Assembly (NCBI GenBank): GCA_902384455.1
Contig: CABMCB010000009.1
Span: forward strand, 1 to 51,308
Origin: an uncultured archaeon
GTDB taxonomy: Archaea > Altiarchaeota > Altiarchaeia > IMC4 > SCGC-AAA252-I15
DNA length: 51,308 bases
Direction of reading: 5' to 3'
Shown here one piece after another: positions 36,263 to 45,578 of the stretch (position 1 is the stretch's first letter; the number at the start of each line of letters is the position of its first letter). The notes under the pieces are model-generated. The model made no database searches and was not told where the DNA came from. It saw only the letters and a list, made by a program, of their open reading frames with translations. Position numbers and translations under genes: made by a program.

Positions 36263-39217
36263 ATGCCAGCCCCCCGCGAAGTCGCTCCAGGCGAAATTGA
36301 ACGGGTTGTTGAGGAATCAGGCCCTCTTACTAATGACCTTCTGAAAGGTTTGGGCGGCGGTAAGAAGAAGGCGGCTGCGGCGTTTACGACAGTTGAGACT
36401 TCTGAGCGGCTTCTTTCGCGTATGGAGTTGGGTTCGGGATTAAGTCGGAGAGTAGTTCAAGAGCTTGAGCGCGTGAACCCTCAGGTGGGCCGCATCGTCG
36501 AAGGCATCAAGGGGGACGCGGCTTCTGCGCATGGCGCCGTTGCGCCGGAAATAATTGCGGAACTCGTCGATAGGACCGTTGCCGCAAAAGTAATAAATTG
36601 GGTTGCTGAAAAGGCTCAGGAAGCGGGCAAGAAGCCGGTTGACTACGCGGTGGCCGAATTGGGCCTTAAGCGAAACGTAGTCGTTCATGGTCCGTCTTTG
36701 GTTATGGAGCGGCTGGCTGACACAGTAAGCGGAACCATAGTCTCATTTCCCGCGGGAACAGCAGTAAGGCCGGCAGACCTTTTGAGGCGTATCGCCGCAA
36801 GACCTCCTGCGCCAAAGGTGCCTGACGCCGCCCCAATCGACCCGCTTGAAGGCATAAAGCCAATCGGGGAATTAACCGTTTATCCGGAGGCGGAGGTTAC
36901 GCCAATCCACATTAGCTTGGACGGCGCTAACGTGGATAAAATAGGCGCTGCACTGGAGACGGCCACAGGTTTTAACGAAGCTTTAGGTTGGGGTGTGGTG
37001 AAAAAAGGGAGGCTCCAATTCATACCCGTCAAAGCGGACGTACACCTTAACGAATACACGTTCGACACAAAACCCCTTGAGGCCGCAACCAAAGGAGGGT
37101 GCGAAGCCGTCATAATGTTTTACAGCGGCCTTGCCGAATACACTAAAGTCAAGTCTTCTTGGGCGGCGCGCGAGGCGGTGGCTTCCGCGGCGGGGCCGGT
37201 TCCATTCTGCGTCTCATGCCTTAGGAAAGCAAACGACGGAATGGCGTTAGCCGCAAACTTCGTCTTCAACCCCAACGTGCCTCCGGCGGACGTAGACGCG
37301 TTGATTGCCCGCGCTGAAACAGACGTCTACGAGGATTTCAATGGCAGGCTTAATGTCCGTTCGAACGCTCTAACAGCAAGAGTTAACCAGATAGCCTATA
37401 GCGGCGGCGGAACAGACGGTCAAATGACTGAATTTGAGGCCGCAATTGCAGAGCGTCCAGTTTTCGTGGGCGAGTATGTATCCCAAAAATTCGGCGACAG
37501 AGCATGCGGGGACGATACCCAGCAAGTTGTGGCCAAGACGACGGGACTGGTAAGAGCAAGGGGAGGCGAAAAACTTGACGTCGTAGGCCTTAATACGACG
37601 CAACTTCTTGTCAGCGTGGATGCTGTGCGGGTAGCAATATACACTAAGATGTTTGAGGAGCCTCATGTCGTAGAGCCAGTGCGGTTTGGCGGTGAATACG
37701 TGAACGGTTTGCCTCTCAAAAGCGGCACGCACACTGTTATGCAGGGCATAGGCATTCTTGCAGGCGACATGACTGTGGAAGGCGCCGACATACAACGGCT
37801 GGTTTATATCGCCAACTCAGGAAACTACCTGGGTGACCGCGTATCCATTCTTAGGCCTATAGCGCGGGAGGTGGTCGAAGGTGGCGCAGAGTCCACTAAC
37901 ACAACCCTAATAATGATTGAGCGGAATAAGGAGGGTCTTTCCGCGTGCGCCGCAGTCATGAGGACGCCTGAAGACGACGTTTCCTTGAGGGCGTCTTTCG
38001 CGGTCGCGCGCGGGCCGGTGAGAGAGGCGCTCGCAGCCCAGGTCGAATACAATCCTAAAACAACGCCGGAAGAAGTGGCCGAATTATACCGGGCAGCAGC
38101 CGAACTTAATCCGAGTCAGCCGGGAGTTAGGGCGTTCCAGAACGAAGTCGCAAATCAGACGCGACTTCAAACCGGCCGTGAAATAGATGAGCTTCTTGCC
38201 GACCCACGTCTTCTGCGCATACACACTACGCCGATGATAGAAGCGGTGTATGGCGCTTACGACGCAGTCGAAGACCAGATGAACGCCACCATGGCTGAAT
38301 GCGATAGGATAGCGCAGATGCCGAGCATCGACGTGAGCAAAAGGTACGGGCCTAAGACAAAAAGGCAGAGGGCATCATTTAATCCCGAAGCCTTTAAGGC
38401 GAACAAGCAGGCTGAGCTTGATAGGACAAGGGCGTCGCTTGAGGTCATGCACGGCGTAATAGCGCCGATTAATGAGGACGACGCCACTCACTATCAGCTT
38501 ATGGCGATAGCCGAACCGGTCTACGACGAACTGGTGGCATCTCCTGTAGCGCTTAGGCAGCAAAGAACTGCGCTGCAGCAGAGGATGGCTTCAACACTCC
38601 GCGAAGGATTAGGCGACATAAAATCTAGGTGGGAGGCCGTCCAGCAGAGGGAAGCGGAAGCCGCGCAGCGAGAGGCCGCTTACGACAGCGGAGTCATGAT
38701 GGTTTGGCTTGCAGTGCATGAAGGCGTGAACGACATTTCATTGGACGATTTCATGGTAAGAGAAAGCGACGCGGGACATCTTACGGCAGCCTTAGGGCGT
38801 TACTGCTTCCCTGAAGGCCAGAGGAGTCCTTGGGGTGACGCAGTTTTCGAGCAGGGTGTGGGAGCTGTAAAGGATGCTGTTGTTCTTCAGTGCCGCGAAG
38901 ACTTGATTCCGGTGTTTGAGACTTACGCCCGCTTGAACGCCGCAGGATGGGGTCAGGGGCATCTAGCCCAAGCAGACCTGCCTCATTTCGCAAGAGACAA
39001 AGTGCTTGTGGACTACCTTCACGACGTAGGATACGAAGAAGTGGCGGCAACAAGAGGGCAGTACGCGGCGCTCGCCGAAACAATGCACACGCAGCTTAAG
39101 CCGGAATATTCGACAATGGAAAGATTATACCGGCAGGCAATAGCAGACTTGCCCGCAGACTCAAAGCCGCCTGCTGCGCTAGAGATTCCCAGCGTGCCCG
39201 CAAGAGAGCCCGTCTAA
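36263..39217 (+). CDS. Large hypothetical protein (984 aa)
   Basis: Long uninterrupted ORF; helical/coiled-coil C-terminal half; no family recognised. Confidence 0.75.
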   Translation: MPAPREVAPGEIERVVEESGPLTNDLLKGLGGGKKKAAAAFTTVETSERLLSRMELGSGLSRRVVQELERVNPQVGRIVEGIKGDAASAHGAVAPEIIAELVDRTVAAKVINWVAEKAQEAGKKPVDYAVAELGLKRNVVVHGPSLVMERLADTVSGTIVSFPAGTAVRPADLLRRIAARPPAPKVPDAAPIDPLEGIKPIGELTVYPEAEVTPIHISLDGANVDKIGAALETATGFNEALGWGVVKKGRLQFIPVKADVHLNEYTFDTKPLEAATKGGCEAVIMFYSGLAEYTKVKSSWAAREAVASAAGPVPFCVSCLRKANDGMALAANFVFNPNVPPADVDALIARAETDVYEDFNGRLNVRSNALTARVNQIAYSGGGTDGQMTEFEAAIAERPVFVGEYVSQKFGDRACGDDTQQVVAKTTGLVRARGGEKLDVVGLNTTQLLVSVDAVRVAIYTKMFEEPHVVEPVRFGGEYVNGLPLKSGTHTVMQGIGILAGDMTVEGADIQRLVYIANSGNYLGDRVSILRPIAREVVEGGAESTNTTLIMIERNKEGLSACAAVMRTPEDDVSLRASFAVARGPVREALAAQVEYNPKTTPEEVAELYRAAAELNPSQPGVRAFQNEVANQTRLQTGREIDELLADPRLLRIHTTPMIEAVYGAYDAVEDQMNATMAECDRIAQMPSIDVSKRYGPKTKRQRASFNPEAFKANKQAELDRTRASLEVMHGVIAPINEDDATHYQLMAIAEPVYDELVASPVALRQQRTALQQRMASTLREGLGDIKSRWEAVQQREAEAAQREAAYDSGVMMVWLAVHEGVNDISLDDFMVRESDAGHLTAALGRYCFPEGQRSPWGDAVFEQGVGAVKDAVVLQCREDLIPVFETYARLNAAGWGQGHLAQADLPHFARDKVLVDYLHDVGYEEVAATRGQYAALAETMHTQLKPEYSTMERLYRQAIADLPADSKPPAALEIPSVPAREPV

Positions 39218-39780
39218 ATCTTCCCCACCAAATCCAATCCCGGAGTCAAAGTTTTTTTGCCTGGAGTCCAGCTGACGGGGCAGACTTGGGCGCCGTTGTG
39301 GTCGCGCACGAACTTTGCGGCCTGCAGTTTCCTGAGTATTTCGGGGGTGCTTCGGTCTATGCTGTTGTCGTGCACGTCCATCGCCTTGAGGATTCCGTCG
39401 GGGTCTATTATGAATGTTGCGCGAAGCGAAACTCCCTCCTCTTCGATGAGGGTTCCGAATTCCCTGCACATTTTGCCGGTGGGGTCTGCGGCCATGGGGT
39501 AGTCAATTTTGCCGACTGCGGGCGATGTGTCGTGCCAGGCTTTGTGGGCGTAGACTGTGTCGCGGCTTACTGAGATAACTTCCGCTCCCAGTTTGATGAA
39601 TTTCTCGTAGTTTACTGCGGCTTCCTCAAGTTCAGTGGGGCAGATGAAAGTGAAGTCCGCCGGGTAGAAGAGTAGGACAAGCCACCTTCCCGCGTAGTCC
39701 GAGAGCTTAATCTTCTTGATTTTATCGTTGTGGTACGCTTCCACTTCAACGTCCGGGATTTTCTCGCCGACTTTAACCAT
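39214..39780 (-). CDS. ahpC: Typical 2-Cys peroxiredoxin (AhpC)
   Basis: FYPADFTFICPTE, RATFIIDPDG, VCP..W.PG..TL.P..DLVGKI. Confidence 0.95.
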   Translation of the reverse strand: MVKVGEKIPDVEVEAYHNDKIKKIKLSDYAGRWLVLLFYPADFTFICPTELEEAAVNYEKFIKLGAEVISVSRDTVYAHKAWHDTSPAVGKIDYPMAADPTGKMCREFGTLIEEEGVSLRATFIIDPDGILKAMDVHDNSIDRSTPEILRKLQAAKFVRDHNGAQVCPVSWTPGKKTLTPGLDLVGKI

Positions 39781-39929
39781 TTTTTTCCTCAGCAGGGATT
39801 AGTTATGTTTACGCGCCTTAAAAATCTTAACGATAGTAAAGAACTGTTGGGGTGTTTCTCAAAAGCACCACATCCAAAGCGCAAAAGTATTAATTATGCG
39901 GAAGAAAGAATACTGAAAGGAACGAGCAT

Positions 39930-40439
39930 ATGGTGATCAAAAAGATACTAGCCAAACTTACGGGGGAAGTAAACGACGTAAGCAACTTCAGCTTCGGAGC
40001 CACCTCAGCAATCACAACAAGCCTGGCGGTGATATCCGGAATGGACGAGCTCAGCAGCCCCAAAATGACCATTATCGGCGCACTACTGGTGATAGCAGTC
40101 GCAGACAACATCTCAGACTCGCTGGGCATCCACGTTTACCGAGAATCGGAAACAAACGGAAAGCACAACTCCAAATTCAACGCCATAACAAACTTCATCA
40201 CCCGCCTAACAATAACGCTGCTATTCGCCCTTATAATCCTAATTGTCCCGCTAAAATACGCCATAATACTCTCGGTAATCCTGGGCCTCACAGTACTCTC
40301 AGTCCTCAGCTACCTCATAGCGGCATACAAGAAAACAAACCCCTACACGGCAATACTACACCACGTGGGAGTGGCAGTAATAGTAATGGCAACAAGCCAC
40401 TTCATAGGCCAAGCAATAGCCGGCGTATTCAAAATATAA
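39930..40439 (+). CDS. VIT1/CCC1-like short membrane protein
   Basis: FGATSAIIT, AVADNISDSLGIH..ESE, about 5 TM helices. Confidence 0.65.
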   Translation: MVIKKILAKLTGEVNDVSNFSFGATSAITTSLAVISGMDELSSPKMTIIGALLVIAVADNISDSLGIHVYRESETNGKHNSKFNAITNFITRLTITLLFALIILIVPLKYAIILSVILGLTVLSVLSYLIAAYKKTNPYTAILHHVGVAVIVMATSHFIGQAIAGVFKI

Positions 40440-40443
40440 TCGC

Positions 40444-40998
40444 ATGGAATTCCCCTCAATATTGCTGATAGCGCTCAGCTTATCCGCAGACGCGTTCGCA
40501 GTCGCAGTATCCAAAGGACTGGCCGCCAAAAAATTACGGGTCAGAGACGCTCTTAAGGTCGGACTGTTTTTCGGGGCATTCCAGGCTGTGATGCCTGTTT
40601 TAGGGTGGTTTTTAGGTGGTTCAGTGCGCGACCTGATATCGGGCTTCGACCATTGGATAGCGTTCCTCCTGCTGCTCTACGTCGGCCAGAAGATGATGCG
40701 CGAATCACTGACCAAAGAAGAACGCAAATCAAGCGAGTCACTCTCCCTGTCCGTGATGCTCCTGCTTTCAGTCGCCACAAGCATAGACGCATTCGCCGTA
40801 GGACTAAGCCTATCATTCCTTAGGACGCCAATAATGTACCCCGCAATACTAATCGGCGCAGTAACATTCACCGTCTCAACCGCCGGATTCATAATAGGGC
40901 GAAAAACAGGTCACCTGATAGATAAAAAAACGGAACTAGCAGGCGGCATAATCCTGATTCTAATCGGATTGAAAATACTCGCAGAACACCTACTTTAA
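40444..40998 (+). CDS. mntP: Manganese efflux pump MntP
   Basis: LSADAFAVA, FGAFQAVMP, DHWIAF, ATSIDAFAVG, GGIILILIG. Confidence 0.93.
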   Translation: MEFPSILLIALSLSADAFAVAVSKGLAAKKLRVRDALKVGLFFGAFQAVMPVLGWFLGGSVRDLISGFDHWIAFLLLLYVGQKMMRESLTKEERKSSESLSLSVMLLLSVATSIDAFAVGLSLSFLRTPIMYPAILIGAVTFTVSTAGFIIGRKTGHLIDKKTELAGGIILILIGLKILAEHLL

Positions 40999-41682
40999 TC
41001 GCGGTTTCGCCTTCAGCTTAGCCTGAACCGCCTCGCCCGAAAGCTCCTTCAAAGCATCAGAGGCAACCCAACGGGCGGCCTTAGAATCCAATTTCTGAAT
41101 CTCCTTCGCCGTCTCAACCGCCTTCTTGTTCAAGGTGAGATTCCTCTTCCCAATCTGCCTTAACGCCCAATTGACGGCCTTCCTCACGAAATTCCTCTCG
41201 TCAGTTGCCCCCTTCTTTATTAAGGGAAGAAACCGCAGGAATTTTTCATCCCCCGCCTTCTTGTCGTGGACTGCAAGCGAAGCCATAAGGGCAAAACCCG
41301 CCCTCTTCACGAACTCCTCCCTCCTGCCGCTCCACTCCATAGCTTTATCGTACGCGTAAGGCGTCCTGTCAAAAAGATTCATCACCACCTGGTCGCAAAC
41401 GTCCCAAGAATCAAACTCAACAACCCAACCCTCCATCTGCCCCAAAGAAACCTCCCCCGGAACGTCAACCAAAGCCGCAAGAATGCGCGCCTCATGAACA
41501 CCCGACGCCCAAAGCTCCAGCGCAAGAACATGGTCGCGGCCAACCTGCTTCGCCAGCTTCCTTACCTCGACCATAGACACGCCAAGCGTACCCTCAGGGT
41601 TGATGCCGAACCGCTCCATGCCCGCGACGTTTTTGGGGTTTGAAAGCATCCTAAGCCGACGTAACACCTCATCGCACTTCAT
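40990..41682 (-). CDS. DNA alkylation repair protein (AlkD-like)
   Basis: LWASGVHEAR, FDSWDVCD, EFVKRAGF, DERNFVRKAVNWALRQIGKRN. Confidence 0.9.
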   Translation of the reverse strand: MKCDEVLRRLRMLSNPKNVAGMERFGINPEGTLGVSMVEVRKLAKQVGRDHVLALELWASGVHEARILAALVDVPGEVSLGQMEGWVVEFDSWDVCDQVVMNLFDRTPYAYDKAMEWSGRREEFVKRAGFALMASLAVHDKKAGDEKFLRFLPLIKKGATDERNFVRKAVNWALRQIGKRNLTLNKKAVETAKEIQKLDSKAARWVASDALKELSGEAVQAKLKAKPRLK

Positions 41683-41766
41683 TTCAATAACTTTCAGTCA
41701 AAGCCACCATAAAAGAAGCCGCCGCATTAAATCGGAAGGTTTTTTGGTGGGACACCCATACTTAAA

Positions 41767-43581
41767 GTGATGGCCGACGCAGACGCAGTATTCGAGGTAT
41801 CCTACGAAGTCTGCAACAAAGTAGGCGGAATATACGCAGTTCTCACAAGCAAAGCCGCCCACATGGTTTCGACGTACGGCGACAAATACTACGCCGTCGG
41901 ATTCTACGACCCCCACAACGCCAAACTTGAGTTCGACGAACAAGACACGCCGCCGGAATTCAAGGAAGCATTCTACCAGCTAAAAGAAAAAGGAGTCGTA
42001 TGCCGCTTCGGCCGATGGACGATAAAAAGCAGGCCTCAAGTCATACTCGTAGACGCCAAGGAGCTCATGGGGGACAAGGAAAAAATCAAGACTCGCCTGT
42101 GGGAAACCCACCACATAGACAGCCTGTACTCGGACAACACGTTCGTTGAGCCCGTAGTCTGGAGCACCGCAGTAGGCCTGCTTTTGGACGAGCTGACAAA
42201 AACCGCGTTCAAAGGCAAACGCGTTGTGGCGCAATTCCACGAATGGATGTCCTCCGCAGGAATGCTCCAGCTAACGTACGCCAAAAAACCCGTAGCAACA
42301 GTATTCACGACCCACGCGACAATGCTGGGAAGAACGCTGTCAGCAAGCGGAATAGACATATACGAGATGATAAGAAGCGGCAAAACAGAAGACCCGCTGG
42401 TTCTTGCCAAAAAATACGGCGTAATAGACAAACACACGATGGAAGCCGCATCCGCCAAAGCCGCCGACGTCTTCACCACCGTAAGCGAAATAACCGGGCG
42501 GGAAGCGGAAGCGTTCCTGGGCCGCAAACCCGACGTCCTCCTCCTGAACGGAATCGACAGCCAAAAATACCCCGAATTCGAAGAACTCGCGGTGCTGCGC
42601 CGCCACTACCGCAAAAACATGAAAGACTTCTTCGCAAGCTACTTCCTCAGATACTACGACGTAGACATGACGCACGTCAGAAGCTTCTACATAAGCGGCA
42701 GATACGAATTCCACAACAAAGGAATCGACCTATTCATAGAATCACTAGGCCGCCTAAACGAACGCATGAAAAAAGAGGGGACGAAATTCAGCGACGGAAC
42801 CTGCACGATAGTCGCACTATTCTTCATACCAAGCGACACAATAGGCGAAAACATAGAAGTCCTCAAAAACAACAGCCTATACCAAGACATGCAAGACCAA
42901 GTGGAAGCGGCCCTACCGGAAATACGCGACACCGTACTCAACCAACTATCCCACGGCAAAATGCCGCAAAACATACTCACAGACGAATTCATAGGCCAAT
43001 GCAGAAAACTAATAAACCACTTCACAGAACGACGAGGAGGAAGGCCGCCGTTGTGCGCGTTCCAGCTTGCCTACCCTGAAGCCAACGACGCCATAATACA
43101 GGCGTTCATAAAAAACGGCCTCCTCAACAGGGCGGAAGACAAAGTCAAGGTCATCTACTACCCCGCATACCTGTCAAGCGCCCAGCGCCTCATAAGCATG
43201 GACTACCAGCAGGCCACACTCACATTCGACGTCGGAGTATTCCCAAGCTCCTACGAGCCGTGGGGATACACGCCTCTTGAAGCAGCCGCCCAATCCACGA
43301 TGGCAGTCACAACAGACCTGGCGGGATACGGCTTGTTCGTGGACGGAAAAAGCAAAGGCATATACGTTCTGCGCCGCTGGGGCCGGGAATGGGATGAGGT
43401 GGTGGACGACCTTACGTCATACCTCTACCGCATATCCAGCCTAACCAAAAAGGAGATAACTGAGCTGAGAGCTGACGCCAAAAACATATCCTCGCTTGCG
43501 GACTGGAAAATACTAATAAGCAACTACATAGACGCCCACGACAAGGCGCTAATTAGCATGTCCGCCAGGACAAAGAAATAG
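41767..43581 (+). CDS. Glycogen synthase, GT3 family
   Basis: FEVSYEVCNKVGGIYAVLTSKA, FHEWM, FTTHATMLGR, FTTVSEIT, SGRYEFHNKG, FPSSYEPWGYTPLE. Confidence 0.92.
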   Translation: MMADADAVFEVSYEVCNKVGGIYAVLTSKAAHMVSTYGDKYYAVGFYDPHNAKLEFDEQDTPPEFKEAFYQLKEKGVVCRFGRWTIKSRPQVILVDAKELMGDKEKIKTRLWETHHIDSLYSDNTFVEPVVWSTAVGLLLDELTKTAFKGKRVVAQFHEWMSSAGMLQLTYAKKPVATVFTTHATMLGRTLSASGIDIYEMIRSGKTEDPLVLAKKYGVIDKHTMEAASAKAADVFTTVSEITGREAEAFLGRKPDVLLLNGIDSQKYPEFEELAVLRRHYRKNMKDFFASYFLRYYDVDMTHVRSFYISGRYEFHNKGIDLFIESLGRLNERMKKEGTKFSDGTCTIVALFFIPSDTIGENIEVLKNNSLYQDMQDQVEAALPEIRDTVLNQLSHGKMPQNILTDEFIGQCRKLINHFTERRGGRPPLCAFQLAYPEANDAIIQAFIKNGLLNRAEDKVKVIYYPAYLSSAQRLISMDYQQATLTFDVGVFPSSYEPWGYTPLEAAAQSTMAVTTDLAGYGLFVDGKSKGIYVLRRWGREWDEVVDDLTSYLYRISSLTKKEITELRADAKNISSLADWKILISNYIDAHDKALISMSARTKK

Positions 43582-43600
43582 AAAAACCTGCTTCTAAGCC

Positions 43601-45541
43601 ATGCAGAAGAAAACAGTCACCCCCCCGATGGCCGGCGCACGAAAAAAAGGCGTCCCAACACTCAACCCCAACCAGATGAGCCTAGAACAGGCGGAAACAC
43701 GCGAATGGCTGCTCACAAACGGAATAGGCGGATACTCAAGCCAGACCATCGCCAGCTCCCTAACAAGAAAATACCACGGCCTGCTGATACACTCCACCCC
43801 AACGCTCGTACGCCGCATGCTTCTGTCAAAACTGGAAGACGTCATAGAGACGGCAGGCGGATTCATACCCCTCACAGTCAACCACTACGCAGACGGCACA
43901 ATAGAAAAAGACGGCTTAAACCGCCTGCAAACATTCGAATACCAGCCGCACTCAATCAAATACCAATACAAAACCGAAGAAGCGTCGATTGAAAAAACCC
44001 TCTGGATGCCGCAAGGCCACAATGCAGTAATCGCGTCATACAAAGTCAAAAACGCGGGAAAAAACCCCGTTACTTTGCGGATACACCCACTGGTGACGTC
44101 AAGAAACCACCACAACATAATCCCCCAAAAAGAACAGCCCTACAAGACAAAACAAATCGCAGACAGAGCAGTCGCAGTGGAAACAAACCAAACATACCTG
44201 CTCCTATACTCAGACAAACTAACAGCAACACCCCCGCAATACCTCTGGCACAACAACATACAATACCCCCAAGAAATAGCCCGCGGAGAAGAAGGCAAAG
44301 AAGACCTATACCACCCCACAGAATTCACGATAACTCTCCCCGAAGGAAAAGAAGAAACATTCACCATAATAGCAACTGGAGGCCTAAGCGAAGCGGAAGC
44401 AGCCGCATCATTTACAGCATTAACCCAAAACGGCAGTCCCCCGCACCCCAAGCCAACGGGAAACCCCGAGCCCATAATGACGCTTCTGGCGACAGCACAA
44501 TCATTCATCGTAGCCGCACAATCCAAAAAAACGGTCATAGCAGGATACCACTGGTTCAATGACTGGGGCCGAGACGCAATGATAAGCCTGCCGGGACTCA
44601 CTCTCACCGCAGGACACCCCAAAGACGCCCAAGACATACTCGACTACTTCCTAAACAAAGTCCAAAACGGCCGCATACCAACCGAAATACGCGACGGAAA
44701 ACCCGACTTCAGAAGCTACGACGACACACTCTGGATGATAGACCGAGTGCTCAAATACATCGAATACGTCGGCGAAGAAGAAGGAAGAAGATTCCTCCAC
44801 ACACACTGGTGGACAATAAAGTCAATAATGGCATACTACGCCTCACAAACAAAAGGGGGCTTACTTAAGACGCCCCCGGAAGGCACGTGGATGGACACAT
44901 TAAGCCGCCCAAACGCAGTGGAAATACAAGCCCTATGGTACAACGCACTGCACACATACAACAAGCTCGCAGAAGTAATGAAAGACTCAAAAAAAGAAAT
45001 CGACGTCGACGCGCAAATCAAAGACTTCGAAAAAGCATTCATGCCCACATACTATGCCGGAACACACCTTAAGGACACCCCAGACGACGACTCAATACGC
45101 CCAAACCAAATAATAGCGCTAGCACTAAATCACACACCAGTACCCAAAGAAGAAGCCAAAAAAATACTGCAAACAACAGAAAAACGCCTGCTGACGCCAT
45201 ACGGCCTGCGCACTCTCGACCCATCGCACCCAAACTACTGCGGAAGATACGTCGGCGACCCCCAAGAAAGAGCGCGCGCCTACCACAACGGAACAGTATG
45301 GCCTTACCTTATGGGCTCCTACGTCGACGCTTACGTGAAGTTCAACGGGGAAAACACGGGGCCGCACCTGATTAGCCTGCTTGAGCCTCTTGTGGCAGGC
45401 CACATCTTGGAGGCGGGGCTGGGCACGGTAAGCGAATGCTTTGACGGAGACCCGCCTCATACGCCCAGAGGGTGCATAAGCCAGGCGTGGAGTGTCGCAG
45501 AAGTAATCAGGGCCTATTTCGCGGTGAGGGGAAAAAATTAA
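43601..45541 (+). CDS. Glycogen debranching enzyme (amylo-alpha-1,6-glucosidase, GH133-like)
   Basis: EWLLTNGIGGY, TRKYHGLL, IAGYHWFNDWGRD, TWMD, VEIQALWYNA, RPNQ, YHNGTVWP, QAWSVAE. Confidence 0.93.
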   Translation: MQKKTVTPPMAGARKKGVPTLNPNQMSLEQAETREWLLTNGIGGYSSQTIASSLTRKYHGLLIHSTPTLVRRMLLSKLEDVIETAGGFIPLTVNHYADGTIEKDGLNRLQTFEYQPHSIKYQYKTEEASIEKTLWMPQGHNAVIASYKVKNAGKNPVTLRIHPLVTSRNHHNIIPQKEQPYKTKQIADRAVAVETNQTYLLLYSDKLTATPPQYLWHNNIQYPQEIARGEEGKEDLYHPTEFTITLPEGKEETFTIIATGGLSEAEAAASFTALTQNGSPPHPKPTGNPEPIMTLLATAQSFIVAAQSKKTVIAGYHWFNDWGRDAMISLPGLTLTAGHPKDAQDILDYFLNKVQNGRIPTEIRDGKPDFRSYDDTLWMIDRVLKYIEYVGEEEGRRFLHTHWWTIKSIMAYYASQTKGGLLKTPPEGTWMDTLSRPNAVEIQALWYNALHTYNKLAEVMKDSKKEIDVDAQIKDFEKAFMPTYYAGTHLKDTPDDDSIRPNQIIALALNHTPVPKEEAKKILQTTEKRLLTPYGLRTLDPSHPNYCGRYVGDPQERARAYHNGTVWPYLMGSYVDAYVKFNGENTGPHLISLLEPLVAGHILEAGLGTVSECFDGDPPHTPRGCISQAWSVAEVIRAYFAVRGKN

Positions 45542-45578
45542 TCGCCTTATAAGCCCACAATAATAAACCATATCAAAG

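Noticed and set aside
42243-43079. 278-aa Arg-rich alternative-frame ORF (similar ones at 12859, 15455, 19386, 45869)
   Set aside because: By-product of T-poor A/C-rich tracts, which lack stop codons, inside or opposite well-supported genes.
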